DNA of 64,000 bases from an uncultured Desulfocurvus sp. (GTDB lineage Bacteria; Desulfobacterota; Desulfovibrionia; Desulfovibrionales; Desulfovibrionaceae). The stretch lies in contig CAYMIP010000004.1 in assembly GCA_964390575.1 (NCBI GenBank), forward strand, positions 2,262 to 66,261, given 5' to 3'. This document shows positions 41,319 through 50,035 of the stretch, piece by piece. Position 1 is the stretch's first letter. Each line of letters opens with the position of its first letter. The position numbers and the translations under genes are program-made. Under the pieces are notes generated by a model, which had not been told where the DNA came from, did not search any database, and saw nothing but the letters and a program-made list of their open reading frames with translations.

Positions 41319-42339
41319 CCCGGCTGCGGGCGCACTCAGTGACGGCAAAGCCCTTACCGACGGCCGTGGCCGGAGCGTCAGCTACCTGCGCCTGTCCGTC
41401 ACCGACCGCTGCAACCTGCGCTGTCTGTATTGCGACAGCCGGATGCGCCAGTGGCTTAACCACGACGAGGTGCTGCGCTACGAGGAGTTCCTGGACCTCA
41501 TGGGCCTGGCCATGGGGCTGGGCATCGGCAAGGTGCGCCTGACCGGCGGCGAGCCCTTTGCCCGCAGGGGCTTCATGGAGTTCGTGGAGGCCGCGCGCGC
41601 GCGTTTCCCGGCCCTTGACCTGCGCCTGACCAGCAACGCCACCCTCATCGCTCCCTTTGCCCCGCGCCTGGCAACGGCGGGCGTCACGCGCATCAATATT
41701 TCGCTCGACACCCTGGACCCCGCCACCTTTGCCCGGGTCACCGGCCAGGACCTGTACCTTGAGGTGCGCCGGGGCATCGAGGCCTGCCTGGCTGCGGGCA
41801 TCCGCGTGAAGCTGAACGCCGTGGCCATGCGCGGGGTCAACGACGGCGAGCTGGCCGGGTTCCTGGACCTGGCGCGGCGGCTGCCCATCGACGTGCGCTT
41901 CATCGAGTACATGCCCATGGGCGGGTCCGAGTGGCGGCCCGAGCAGGTCTGGAGCGCGGCGGACATCCTGGCCGAGGCCCGGACCCTGGCGGAGCTGACC
42001 CCCATCGAGCACGGCGCCGGGGGCTCCGGCCCGGCGCAGATGTTCTCCATCCAGGGCGGGGCGGGCCGCTTCGGGCTCATCACGCCGCTGTCCAACCACT
42101 TCTGCGGCGCCTGCAATCGCCTGCGCATCACCAGCGGCGGGGTGCTGCGCACCTGCCTGTTCTCCGACCGCGTGTACCGCCTGCGCGGGGCGCTGCGCCA
42201 CCCGAAGCTGGGCCTGGCGTTCGTGGAGCGCATCCTGCGCCGGGCCAGCCAGGTGAAGCCCCTGGGCTTCGAGCTCCTGGCCGCCCGGCGCGCGGGCGCA
42301 GGCGTCTGCGATACGGCCATGTCCGCCATCGGCGGCTAG
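41296..42339 (+). CDS. moaA: GTP 3',8-cyclase (molybdenum cofactor biosynthesis protein A)
   Basis: 'YLRLSVTDRCNLRCLYCDS' radical-SAM CxxxCxxC. 'VRLTGGEPF'. C-terminal 'CGACNRLRITSGGVLRTCLF'. ATG 41296 overlaps the purE end by 23 nt; the track ORF start 41068 is a spurious extension. Confidence 0.92.
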   Translation: MPDAAPSSPAAGALSDGKALTDGRGRSVSYLRLSVTDRCNLRCLYCDSRMRQWLNHDEVLRYEEFLDLMGLAMGLGIGKVRLTGGEPFARRGFMEFVEAARARFPALDLRLTSNATLIAPFAPRLATAGVTRINISLDTLDPATFARVTGQDLYLEVRRGIEACLAAGIRVKLNAVAMRGVNDGELAGFLDLARRLPIDVRFIEYMPMGGSEWRPEQVWSAADILAEARTLAELTPIEHGAGGSGPAQMFSIQGGAGRFGLITPLSNHFCGACNRLRITSGGVLRTCLFSDRVYRLRGALRHPKLGLAFVERILRRASQVKPLGFELLAARRAGAGVCDTAMSAIGG

Positions 42340-42461
42340 CTAGCCCCCAGCCAGATCCCCGGCCATGTACGAGGCCAAAAAGAGCGCCGGAACCGGGTGG
42401 AGCCGCTGTCGCTCGTCCCGGCTCCGGCGCGGAGCTGATGGGGTCGGCCTGAAGGGGGCCT

Positions 42462-42725
42462 TTAATTTACGGGCGCTCTTTGGGCGCGGGCGCGGCCTTC
42501 CGCAGACTTGCGCAGGCGCACCACCTGGGTGCTGAAGCTGCTCTTGCCCGGCTGGCAGGTGGGGCAGCCGTCGGAAACGAGCATGCACTTCTCGTCCAGG
42601 GCGCGCGCGTCGATGCCTGCCCAGGCCAAGATGCGCGTGGTGTCGCCCGGGCTCCAAAGCACAGGCTGTCCGCAACGTTCGCATTCCACGTACAGAAGTT
42701 CGGGGTCGAACCGCTTCACGTCCAT
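42462..42725 (-). CDS. Small zinc-ribbon protein (87 aa)
   Basis: ATG 42725 with GGGAGG SD. 'ECERCGQP...DGCPTCQPG' forms two CxxC pairs. Basic C-terminal tail. Confidence 0.6.
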   Translation of the reverse strand: MDVKRFDPELLYVECERCGQPVLWSPGDTTRILAWAGIDARALDEKCMLVSDGCPTCQPGKSSFSTQVVRLRKSAEGRARAQRAPVN

Positions 42726-43019
42726 GTCGACCTCCCTGGGTTGTTCAAGCCGGTGTCCGGGCCTGTGCCTTTCCTCCGACTCCAACATAAGCTTCTCTGC
42801 ATAAAGCGCAAGCCCCCCTCTTGCTGAAAAGGATGGCTGGAGTGCAGGCATGGCAAAGGTATTTCTGCGCATACGTATATCTTTGTGCATAATAATTCCG
42901 GATTACAACTTTACATCAGCGGACTGATTCCGTATTTTCCCCCGCGCAGGCCCGCTTACTACCGTGTAGCAGTTGCTCCACGCGCCCAAGCGGGCGAACC
43001 CCCCCCTGAGGAGGACGCA

Positions 43020-43415
43020 ATGGACGATTTTTTGAAGGAAGCGCTCGATATCGTCAAAGCACAGGCGACTGTCCGGACCATGACAGAGGATGAAATCCTG
43101 TCCATGGTCAGGAACCTGGAGAGCGGCATCCGCAAACTTGGCGGGGTGGCCGTGGGTGCTGAAGAGGAGGCCAGCGTGCCGCTGACAGACCCCAAGAAGG
43201 CTATCCGCGAGAAGCGCATCATCTGCCTGGAGTCCGGCAAGAGCTTCAAGGTGCTGACCAAGCGCCACCTGATCAAGTTCGGCCTGACCCCGGACGAGTA
43301 TCGCGCGAAGTGGGGCTATGCCAAGAAGACCCCGCTGGTGTGCAAGGAGCTGCAGCGCCAGCGCCGCAACAAGATGAAGGAAATGAAGCTCTGGGAGAAG
43401 CGCGTCAAGAAATAG
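43020..43415 (+). CDS. MucR/Ros-family transcriptional regulator lacking two of the four zinc ligands
   Basis: 'IICLESGKSFKVLTKRHLIKFGLTPDEYRAKWGY' compares with the Ros/MucR 'CLECGKxFKxLKRHLxxHHGLTPxEYRxKWGL'. The second Cys is Ser and the distal His is absent. GAGGAGG SD. Confidence 0.8.
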   Translation: MDDFLKEALDIVKAQATVRTMTEDEILSMVRNLESGIRKLGGVAVGAEEEASVPLTDPKKAIREKRIICLESGKSFKVLTKRHLIKFGLTPDEYRAKWGYAKKTPLVCKELQRQRRNKMKEMKLWEKRVKK

Positions 43416-43438
43416 CGCGCGCGCATGGAAACGTGGAA

Positions 43439-43465
43439 GGGGGGCCGGAAGGCCCCCCTTTTTTT
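43439..43465 (+). terminator. Rho-independent terminator
   Basis: GGGGGGCC-GGAA-GGCCCCCC followed by TTTTTTT. Lies between the convergent mucR-like gene (+) and pstA (-). Confidence 0.85.
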
Positions 43466-43484
43466 GCGCCTGGTGCTGGGCCCG

Positions 43485-44408
43485 TTACTTTTCGCCGCGG
43501 CGCTGGAGCCAGGCCCGCAGGAAGATGGCCGCCAGGTTCATGCCGAGCACGAGGGCGATGAGCACGAGCGCCGTGCCGTACTGGATGGGCCGGGTCTTCT
43601 CGATCTCCGTGCCCGCCGTGGCCAGCACGTAGATGTGGTAGGGCAGGGCCATGACGTCGGAGAAGACCGAGTCCGGCATCTTGGGCGTGTAGAACACCGC
43701 CGCCGTGAACATGATGGCCGCGGTCTCGCCCGCGGCGCGGCTGATGCCCAGGATGGAGCCCGTGAGGATGCCCGGCAGGGCGGATGGCAGCACCACCCGC
43801 CAGATGGTCTGCCACTTGGTGCCGCCCAGGGCCAGGGAGGCCTCGCGGTAGGTGTTGGGCACGCTGCGCAGGGCCTCCTCCGTGGTGCCGATGATCACCG
43901 GCAGGCAGAGCACGCCGAGGGTCAGCCAGCCCGAAAGCAGCGACACCCCGAGATCCATGGCCGTGACAAAGAGCCCCAGGCCGAACAGCCCGAAGACCAC
44001 CGAGGGCACGCCCGCCAGGTTGCTCACTCCGAGACGGATGATGCGCATGAGTTTGCCCGGCAGGGCGTACTCGTGCAGGTAGATGGCGCTGGCCACCCCC
44101 AGCGGCAGGGCCACGGCCATGGCCCCGAGCGAGAGCAGCAGCGTGCCCACGATGCACGGCCAGACGCCGCCTTCGGTCATGTAGTTGCGCGGGGCCTCGG
44201 TGAGGAACTCCCAGGAGATGGCGGAGATGCCGTTCTTGACCAAAAAGCCCAGGATGACGAAGAGGGCGGCGGCCACCACCAGGATGGCCCCGCGCAGCAG
44301 CAGGAAGGCCAGCCTCTGCGCGATCCTGCGGCGGCGGTCGCGGCCCGTGGCAAAGGAAAGGGACGGGCGCGGCTGGGGGCTTGCGCTGAGGACGGCTTCG
44401 GTTGTCAT
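43485..44408 (-). CDS. pstA: Phosphate ABC transporter permease PstA
   Basis: '...LGVSNLAGVPSVVFGLFG...EEALRSVPNTYREASLALGGTKWQTIWRVVLP...ISRAAGETA'. ATG 44408; the 635-aa track ORF reads through into pstC in another frame. Confidence 0.92.
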   Translation of the reverse strand: MTTEAVLSASPQPRPSLSFATGRDRRRRIAQRLAFLLLRGAILVVAAALFVILGFLVKNGISAISWEFLTEAPRNYMTEGGVWPCIVGTLLLSLGAMAVALPLGVASAIYLHEYALPGKLMRIIRLGVSNLAGVPSVVFGLFGLGLFVTAMDLGVSLLSGWLTLGVLCLPVIIGTTEEALRSVPNTYREASLALGGTKWQTIWRVVLPSALPGILTGSILGISRAAGETAAIMFTAAVFYTPKMPDSVFSDVMALPYHIYVLATAGTEIEKTRPIQYGTALVLIALVLGMNLAAIFLRAWLQRRGEK

Positions 44409-44425
44409 GGTTCGCCTCGCTGGCG

Positions 44426-45316
44426 TTACAGGCTGGCCGAGCCGACCTGGCGGTGCTTGTGGGAGATGTAGTCGGCCAGGATGTTGAAGCTGAGCGTCAC
44501 CAGGAAGAGCACCATGGCCGTGGCGAAGAGCGCGTGGTAGTGGTGGCTGCGAAAAGGCGCCTCGGCCATCTCCGCCGCGATGCTCGCGGGCATGGGCCTG
44601 ACCGGGCTCCAGAGCGAGTCCGGCAGCACGGCTGCGCCGCCCGCCACCATGAGCACCACCATGGTCTCGCCGATGGCCCGGCTCATGCCCAGGATCACGG
44701 CGGTGCCGATGCCGGAGAGCGCGGCCGGGAGGGTCACGCGCAGCAGCGTCTCCAGGTGCGTGGCCCCCAGCGCCAGGCTGGCCTCCTTCAGCTCGCGCGG
44801 CACGGCGTAAATGGCGTCCTCGGACACGCTGGCGATGGTCGGCACGCTCATGAAGGCCAGCATCAGGGCGGCGTTGAACAGGTTCAGGCCCACCGGGATG
44901 TCGAAGAATTCCTGGAGGAACGGGGCCATGACCACCATGCCGAAAAAGCCGATGACCACCGAGGGCAGGGAGGCCAGCATCTCCACCACGGGCTTGACCA
45001 CGGCGCGCACGCGCGGGGAGGCGATCTCGGCCAGGTACACCGCGGTCATGACGCCCAGGGGGATGGCCAGGAGCGAGGACAGAAGCGTCACCGCGCCGCT
45101 GGCGGCGATGAGCGGCAGGATGCCGTAGTCGGGCCGGGCCTCGTCCGTGGGGTACCATTCCAGGCCCAGGAGGAATTTCTTCACGCTCACAAAGCTGAAG
45201 GTGGGCAGCCCTTCCATGAACAGAAAGACCATGATCAGGGCCAGCACCGCCAGCGAGGTCACGGCCGTGGCCAGAAAGGCCTGCTTGATGAGGGTTTCCC
45301 TGGTGCTGCGGCGCAT
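44426..45316 (-). CDS. pstC: Phosphate ABC transporter permease PstC
   Basis: 'GILPLI..S...LLAIPLGV..AVYLAE...SEDAIYAVPRELKEASLALGATHLETLLRVTLP...MSRAIGETM'. AGGAGAGG SD before ATG 45316. Confidence 0.92.
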   Translation of the reverse strand: MRRSTRETLIKQAFLATAVTSLAVLALIMVFLFMEGLPTFSFVSVKKFLLGLEWYPTDEARPDYGILPLIAASGAVTLLSSLLAIPLGVMTAVYLAEIASPRVRAVVKPVVEMLASLPSVVIGFFGMVVMAPFLQEFFDIPVGLNLFNAALMLAFMSVPTIASVSEDAIYAVPRELKEASLALGATHLETLLRVTLPAALSGIGTAVILGMSRAIGETMVVLMVAGGAAVLPDSLWSPVRPMPASIAAEMAEAPFRSHHYHALFATAMVLFLVTLSFNILADYISHKHRQVGSASL

Positions 45317-45455
45317 GGGCTGGCCTCTCCTGTCTGAGTGGTGTTGCCCCTCGCCCCTGCCCGGATGGGCCGGGCAGAGGGGAGGGGCGCAAAGGAAGGT
45401 GGACAAAGGCTGCGGGAAAGAATGACGACGTCTTTGCCTTCTATTTCTTTGCCGT

Positions 45456-46322
45456 CTACTTCTTTGCCTTTTGGGCGCCCTTGGCGGCCTGGCCCTTTCC
45501 GGCCATGCCGCGCACGGGCACGTACTCCACCTGGGCCACGATCTTCTGGCCCTCGTCGGAGAGGATGAAGTTCACGAGCTTGGCCACGTCGCCGCTGGGC
45601 TCGCCGTTGGTGTACAGGTACAGCCCGCGGGAGATGGGATAGGTGCCGTTCAGGGTGTTCTCCACGCTGCCGGCCACGCCGTCCACGCTCACGGCCTTGA
45701 GGCCCGGGTTCTTGGTGTAGGCCAGGCCCACGTAGCCGATGGCCGACTTCTGCTTGGACACGGTCTGGGCCACGGCGCCGCTGGAGGCCTGCATCTGGGC
45801 GCGGGCAAAGACGCGCTCCTTCTTCAAAACGTGCTCGTTCCAGTATTCAAAGGTGCCGGAGGAGGAGTCGCGGGAGACCACGGAGATGGGGCCGGGGCTT
45901 CCGCCCAGTTCCTTCCAGTCCGTGATCTTGCCGGTGTAGATGTCCTTCAGCTGGTCCATGGTCAGGTTCTTCACCGCATTGGAGGGGTGCACGATGGGGG
46001 TCAGGCAGTCGTAGGCGATGAGGATCTGCTTGGGGCTCACGCCCTTGTCCTTGGCCTGCTTGAGCTCGGACTCCTTCATCTCGCGGCTCATCATGGCCAG
46101 GGGCGTGCTGCCGTCGATGAGGGCCTTGGCCCCGTCGCCGGAGCCCGAGGCGGAGATGGAGACGCTGATGCCTTTGTTCTTGGCCATGAAGAGTTCCACG
46201 GCCTTCTGCATGATGGGCTGGACCGTGGTGGAGCCTTTCACGGGGATGTCGGCGGCGAAGGCCGTGGCCCCAAGGCCGAGCACGGCCAGGGCGGTTAGCG
46301 CGGCGGAGAGCAGACGTTTCAT
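45456..46322 (-). CDS. pstS: Phosphate-binding protein PstS
   Basis: Signal peptide 'MKRLLSAALTALAVLGLGATAFA'. 'KGSTTVQP', 'SGSGDG', 'VVSRDSSSGTFEYW' and 'IGYVGLAY'. GGAGG SD before ATG 46322. Confidence 0.92.
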   Translation of the reverse strand: MKRLLSAALTALAVLGLGATAFAADIPVKGSTTVQPIMQKAVELFMAKNKGISVSISASGSGDGAKALIDGSTPLAMMSREMKESELKQAKDKGVSPKQILIAYDCLTPIVHPSNAVKNLTMDQLKDIYTGKITDWKELGGSPGPISVVSRDSSSGTFEYWNEHVLKKERVFARAQMQASSGAVAQTVSKQKSAIGYVGLAYTKNPGLKAVSVDGVAGSVENTLNGTYPISRGLYLYTNGEPSGDVAKLVNFILSDEGQKIVAQVEYVPVRGMAGKGQAAKGAQKAKK

Positions 46323-46381
46323 GGATGGTCCTCCGAAGGGGTTGATGTTCATGCGTGCACGAGGCATGATCTAAATGCGCC

Positions 46382-46423
46382 GTGTGACGGTTGTGTGACG
46401 GCCGGGAGAAAGATGCGTGACGC
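46382..46423 (-). promoter_or_regulatory. Pho-box-like direct repeats upstream of pstS
   Basis: Minus strand reads CCGTCACACAA-CCGTCACACGG (11-bp period), with a third GCGTCAC 22 bp further upstream. Compare the E. coli Pho box CTGTCAT-N4-CTGTCAT. A TTTAGAT -10-like element lies about 10 nt downstream. 60-100 bp upstream of the pstS ATG. Confidence 0.5.
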
Positions 46424-46540
46424 CTGCGGGCGGCGGGAAACACTTTTCCGGCATGATTCGTGATATGCCGACTGCGTGTGGCGCGCAAGCGGCAAGATTG
46501 ACCCGTCGCAAGTCCGTGCGCGCCGTTTGGGGAGAGTGCC

Positions 46541-47929
46541 ATGCAGGTCGACTACGCCATCATCGGGGCCGGACCCACGGGCCTGGGGGCCGCGCGCAGG
46601 CTTGCGGAGCTGGGTGTCCATAATTTCGTGGTGCTGGAAAAAAATGCCCATCCCGGCGGCCTGGCCGCCAGCTTCCAGGACGCCCAGGGCTACACCTGGG
46701 ACATCGGCGGGCACGTGGTGTTCTCGCACTACGAGTATTTCGACCGCCTGCTGGACGAGCTCCTGGGCGCGGACACGCTCAAGCACGAGCGCCGGGCCTT
46801 CATCCGGGCGCGCGGGGCCTGGGTGCCCTATCCCTTCCAGAACAACATCCGCCACCTGCCGCGCCCGGCGCGCTGGGAATGCGTGCGCGGGCTTCTGCCC
46901 GGCCAGCGGCCCGCAGGCCCGCCCAAGAATTTCCACGAGTGGATCCACTGCGTGTTCGGCGAGGGCATCGGCAACGTCTTTCTCTGGCCCTACAACGCCA
47001 AGGTCTGGGCCATCCCGCCCGCGCAGATGTCGGCCTCCTGGGTGGGCGAGCGGGTCAGCATCGTGGGCCTGGAAGGGGTGCTCAAGAACATCATCCTGGA
47101 GCTGGACGAGGTCGGCTGGGGGCCGAACAACGCCTTCACCTTCCCGGCCTCTGGCGGCACGGGCGAGATCTTCCGGCGCATGGCCAGGCCCCTTGAGGCC
47201 CGCATCCGCTACGGCGACGGGGTGGCGCGCATCGACGCGGCGAGCAAGACCCTGACCACGGCCTCGGGGCAGAGCGTGGCCTACGGCGCGCTCCTGAACA
47301 CCGGGCCGCTGGACCTGCTGCTGACGAAGCAGCTGCTCTCGCCCCCGGACGATGCCGTGGAGGCCGCGCAGCTGCTCAAGCACAACGGGGTCTACGTGGC
47401 GGGCGTGGGCGTGGCGGCGCGGCCCCTGTTCGAGGGCAAAAAGGACAAGCGCTGCTGGATGTATTTCCCGGAGGACGACTGCCCGTTCTACCGCGTGACC
47501 AATTTTCACAACTACGCGCCGGCCAATGTGCCAGGCAACGCGCCGAGCACGCCAAAAGGCCCCAAGCGCGCCGCGTTCTTGTGCGAGACGAGCTTCTCCG
47601 GCCACAAGCCCGAGGACCTGTCCACGCTCATGGCGCGCACCGAGCAGGGGCTGGAGAACGTGGGCCTCTTGCCCGCCTCGGCCAGAAGCAAGGTCGAGAG
47701 CCGCTTCGAGCTCGCCGTGGACTACGGCTACCCCGTGCCCTGCCTGGAGCGCGACCTGGCCCTGCGCACGCTCCAGCCCTGGCTGGAGGCGCGGCAGATT
47801 TACTCGCGCGGGCGTTTTGGCGGCTGGAAGTACGAGGTGGGCAACATGGACCACAGCGTCATGCAGGGCGTGGAGTGGGCCGAGCGCATGGTGCTCAAAC
47901 ACCAGGAGAAAACCTACACGTGGACCTGA
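46541..47929 (+). CDS. FAD-dependent flavoprotein resembling eukaryote-type UDP-galactopyranose mutase
   Basis: 'IIGAGPTGLGAARRL', 'GGHVVFSHYEYFD', 'WVPYPFQNNI', 'KVWAIP...WVGERV', 'WGPNNAFTFPASGGTG', 'KRCWMYFPEDDCPFYRVTNF', 'DYGYPVP', 'SRGRFGGWKYEVGNMDHS'. From memory these match Aspergillus/Leishmania UGM blocks. Confidence 0.7.
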   Translation: MQVDYAIIGAGPTGLGAARRLAELGVHNFVVLEKNAHPGGLAASFQDAQGYTWDIGGHVVFSHYEYFDRLLDELLGADTLKHERRAFIRARGAWVPYPFQNNIRHLPRPARWECVRGLLPGQRPAGPPKNFHEWIHCVFGEGIGNVFLWPYNAKVWAIPPAQMSASWVGERVSIVGLEGVLKNIILELDEVGWGPNNAFTFPASGGTGEIFRRMARPLEARIRYGDGVARIDAASKTLTTASGQSVAYGALLNTGPLDLLLTKQLLSPPDDAVEAAQLLKHNGVYVAGVGVAARPLFEGKKDKRCWMYFPEDDCPFYRVTNFHNYAPANVPGNAPSTPKGPKRAAFLCETSFSGHKPEDLSTLMARTEQGLENVGLLPASARSKVESRFELAVDYGYPVPCLERDLALRTLQPWLEARQIYSRGRFGGWKYEVGNMDHSVMQGVEWAERMVLKHQEKTYTWT

Positions 47930-49002
47930 CCGCAGACCGCACCCGGTATGAGAACCGCCGCGAGCGCTTGCACGCGCTGCTGGCCGAGGCGGGCCTCCCG
48001 GCCCTGCTTGTGTCCTTCGCCGCCAACCGCTACTATCTGTCCGGCTTCGAGCAGCACGACTCCCAGTGCAACGAGTCCGTGGGCTGGCTGGTGGTCACGG
48101 CCAATGGCCGCGACGCCCTGTTCACGGACGCGCGCTTCACCGACGCGGCCCTGCGTCTGTGGCCCCAGGAAGACCTGTGCATCTACGGCGCAGGCAGGCA
48201 CGCGGCCCTGGCCGATTTTTTGAAGGGCCGGGGCGTGACCACGCTCGGCTTTGACCCCAAGGCCGTCAGCGTCTTTGACCACGAAAAGCTGCGCGAGCAC
48301 TTCGAGCTGGTGAGCGCCGAGGGTCTGGTGGAGCGCCTGCGGCTCATCAAGGAGCCCGGCGAGGTGGAGCTTTTGCGCGCGGCCTGCGGGCTCAACCACC
48401 GGATCATGCGCGCCCTGCCCGACGTGCTGGTGCCCGGCCTGACCGAGGACGAGGTGGCCTGGCAGATCGAGCGCCTGTTCCGCGAGGCCGGGGCCCAGGG
48501 CTTGAGCTTCCCGTCCATCGTGGGCGTGGGCAAAAACGCGGCCCTGCCCCACGCCATCCCCGGCGAGACGAAAATCGAGCGCGACAGCCTGGTGCTGGTG
48601 GACGCGGGCTGCCGCCTGGGCGGCTATTGCTCGGACCAGACGCGCACCTTCTGGGTGGGCCGCGAACCGAGCGAGCGCTTCCAGGAGACCAAGCGCCTGG
48701 TCCTGGCTGCGCAGAAGGCGGCCCTGGACAGCATCAAGCCCGGCCTGGCCATTGCCGAGGCCTACCGCGCCGCGCGCCGGGTCTTTGAGGACGCGGGCGT
48801 GGCCGAGCAGTTCACCCATTCCCTGGGCCACGGCATCGGCCTGGAGACCCACGAGGGGCCGAGCCTCTCGCCCCGGGCCGAGGGCGTGTTCGCGCCCGGC
48901 ATGGTCGTCACCGTGGAGCCCGGCCTGTACGACGCGGCCTGGGGTGGCGTGCGCTGGGAATACATGGTGGTCGTGACCCCGGAGGGCTGCAAGGCCCTCT
49001 AG
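47920..49002 (+). CDS. M24-family Xaa-Pro aminopeptidase
   Basis: 'LRLIKEPGEVELLRAAC', 'SFPSIVGVGKNAALPHA', 'LVDAGCRLGGYCSDQTRTF', 'HSLGHGIGLETHE' and 'VTVEPGLY' are the metal-ligand motifs. GTG 47920 (AGGAGA upstream) overlaps the previous gene by 10 nt. Confidence 0.85.
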   Translation: MDLTADRTRYENRRERLHALLAEAGLPALLVSFAANRYYLSGFEQHDSQCNESVGWLVVTANGRDALFTDARFTDAALRLWPQEDLCIYGAGRHAALADFLKGRGVTTLGFDPKAVSVFDHEKLREHFELVSAEGLVERLRLIKEPGEVELLRAACGLNHRIMRALPDVLVPGLTEDEVAWQIERLFREAGAQGLSFPSIVGVGKNAALPHAIPGETKIERDSLVLVDAGCRLGGYCSDQTRTFWVGREPSERFQETKRLVLAAQKAALDSIKPGLAIAEAYRAARRVFEDAGVAEQFTHSLGHGIGLETHEGPSLSPRAEGVFAPGMVVTVEPGLYDAAWGGVRWEYMVVVTPEGCKAL

Positions 49003-49048
49003 TAGAGACGTCGGCTGCAAAGCCCTCTACCAACAACAAGGAACAACA

Positions 49049-49978
49049 ATGTCCAACGTCTTTCGCTTCGGCCACGTGGCCCTCATGGGTCCGCCCAATG
49101 CCGGGAAAAGCACGCTGCTCAACCACATCCTGGGGCAGAAGCTGGCCATCGTCTCGCCCAAGCCCCAGACCACGCGCAACGCCATCAGCGGCATCCTGAC
49201 CACGGACGAGGCCCAGGTGGTGTTCCTGGACACCCCGGGCGTGCACCGCATGGCCGGGCGCATGAACCGCCTGCTCCTGCAGGCCGCCTGGGGCGCGCTG
49301 CACCAGGCCGACGCCGTGGTGCTCATCCTGGACGCCCAGCTCTACACCCAGAAGGGGCACCTCTTTGACCGCGAGATCTGCCCCCTGACCGACCCCGTGC
49401 GCCGCGCCGAGCGGCCCGTGTTCATCGCCGTGAACAAGGTGGACGCAGTAAAGCCCAAACCGAAGCTCCTGCCGCTGCTCGAAAAAATCGGCCAGGCCTT
49501 CCCCGGCGCCGAGATCTATCCCATCTCCGCAGCCACGGGCGACGGGGTGGACCTGCTCCTGGCGGCAGTCACCAAGGCCCTGCCCGAAGGCCCGGCCCAG
49601 TACCCCGAGGACCAGTTGTCCACCGCGTCCCTGCGCTTTCTGGCGGCAGAGACCATCCGCGAGAAGCTCTTTCTCGAGCTGGAGCAGGAGCTGCCCTACA
49701 ACACCCTGGTGGAGATCGAGACCTGGGAGGAGCCTGAAGCCGTTGACGGGAAACTCCCCGCCGTGCGCATCGCCGCCGCCATCCACGTGGCCCGGGCCAG
49801 CCACAAGGGCATGGTCATTGGCAAGGGCGGCCAGATGCTGAAGAAGATCGGCACCATGGCGCGCATCGAGCTGGAAGTGCTCATGGAGCGCCCGGTGCTG
49901 CTGGAGCTCTGGGTGCGCGTGCGCGAGGACTGGACCGAAGACCCCGGCTTCCTGAGCGAGATGGGCCTGGGGGAGTAG
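49049..49978 (+). CDS. era: GTPase Era
   Basis: 'GHVALMGPPNAGKSTLLN', 'SPKPQTTRN', 'DTPGVH', 'VNKVD' and a C-terminal KH domain 'VARASHKGMVIGKGGQMLKKIG'. Confidence 0.95.
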   Translation: MSNVFRFGHVALMGPPNAGKSTLLNHILGQKLAIVSPKPQTTRNAISGILTTDEAQVVFLDTPGVHRMAGRMNRLLLQAAWGALHQADAVVLILDAQLYTQKGHLFDREICPLTDPVRRAERPVFIAVNKVDAVKPKPKLLPLLEKIGQAFPGAEIYPISAATGDGVDLLLAAVTKALPEGPAQYPEDQLSTASLRFLAAETIREKLFLELEQELPYNTLVEIETWEEPEAVDGKLPAVRIAAAIHVARASHKGMVIGKGGQMLKKIGTMARIELEVLMERPVLLELWVRVREDWTEDPGFLSEMGLGE

Positions 49979-50001
49979 GAGAGAGAGAAATTTTTTTCTT
50001 T

Positions 50002-50030
50002 GGGGGCATGATGCCCCCCAAACCCCCTCA
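50002..50030 (+). repeat. Partial REP-like type-1 repeat (hairpin plus tail only)
   Basis: GGGGGCATGATGCCCCCCAAACCCCCTCA is nearly identical to 13662-13691. It lacks the GCCTCCGGCGGCC core and is preceded by a T7 run after the era stop. Confidence 0.7.
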
Positions 50031-50035
50031 TGTGC

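Noticed and set aside
42851-42868. TGGCAAAGGTATTTCTGC as a sigma-54 promoter for the mucR-like gene. Also GGCAAAAGCAGTTGC at 28013 and TGGCAAGCACCCGCA at 8944.
   Set aside because: The -12 GC dinucleotide is missing or displaced by 1-3 nt relative to the GG of the -24 element in each case. These look like chance matches to a short GC-rich motif.
43485-45392. 635-aa ORF suggesting a fused PstC-PstA protein.
   Set aside because: Only the C-terminal 307 aa (from ATG 44408) are PstA. Upstream, the frame runs through pstC out of frame (Arg/Gly/Pro-rich). The genuine PstC is the separate ORF 44426-45316.
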